From Candidatus Bathyarchaeia archaeon (GTDB taxonomy: Archaea; Thermoproteota; Bathyarchaeia; Bathyarchaeales; Bathycorpusculaceae), in the NCBI GenBank assembly GCA_050015395.1, contig JBEKBM010000037.1, positions 1 through 17,409 of the forward strand: 17,409 nt of DNA, in the 5' to 3' direction. This document shows positions 17,090-17,409 of this stretch, piece by piece. The stretch's first letter is position 1. Each line of letters opens with the position of its first letter. The notes under the pieces are model-generated. The model searched no databases, was not told where the DNA came from, and worked only from the letters and a program-made list of their open reading frames with translations. Both the position numbers and the translations under genes were made by a program.

Positions 17090-17409
17090 GGACTCGACAT
17101 CTCAGGCGATTGGTGGCCGCAGGCTGAGCTGGTCGACCGAAGTCTTCCAGCGTACACCCCGGCTCCATCAAACCCATCTTTTATGGGAGCCTTCGTCCCG
17201 GTTAAACGGGAATGGCTGCCTCTTTTCGGGAGAGGCTTCGAGCTTAGATGCTTTCAGCTCTTATCCACAACGGCGTGGCTGCCCGGCAACTGCCTTATCA
17301 GACAACCGGTTAACTAGAGGCCACAGCGTCCCGTTCCTCTCGTACTAGGGACCCTTTCCCCTCAGGCAGCCAACACTCCCAGCAGATAAAGTCCGACCTG
17401 TCTCACGAC
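17090..17409 (-). rRNA. rrl: 23S rRNA, 3' end (partial; 3' boundary approximate)
   Basis: Reverse complement contains GUCGUGAGACAGGUCGG (archaeal variant, 17393-17409), the sarcin-ricin loop AGUACGAGAGGAAC (17333-17346) and CUGAAAGCAUCUAAG. Confidence 0.97.

Noticed and set aside
17196-17211. Hairpin TCCCG-GTTAAA-CGGGA in 23S as an intron or insertion
   Set aside because: Its position and size fit the normal variable helix 98 region.
16873-17348. Four ORFs around the right end
   Set aside because: They overlap the 23S rRNA gene and its 3' flank.

Overview
Archaeal genomic window. The psmB-aCPSF1 pair, SepF and archaeal-type 23S signatures show the domain; a TACK/Bathyarchaeia-like origin is only inferred. 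The left part (1-8.3 kb) is mostly housekeeping: an unannotated 48-aa YHS protein, an AqpZ-type aquaporin, a coupled operon of class-V aminotransferase (SerC-like), SerA-like dehydrogenase and DUF1015 (ParB/Srx-like), a DUF5658-like membrane protein, SepF, aCPSF1/FttA and a proteasome beta subunit. The middle (about 8.4-16.1 kb) is an accessory/defence island. It holds a Doc-type Fic toxin with an unannotated 42-51 aa antitoxin-like ORF, the C-terminal remnant of a DDE transposase between two perfect palindromes, a complete Type I restriction-modification operon (hsdM-hsdS-hsdR, with hsdM apparently starting at ACG), and a non-coding block of nested direct and inverted repeats. The right end has a nitroreductase and the 3' end of a minus-strand 23S rRNA gene. 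The best leads are DUF1015 as a possible SerK/SbnI-like replacement for SerB, and the archaeal Doc module with a switchable hairpin over the toxin start codon. All family assignments come from motif recognition by eye; no searches were run.
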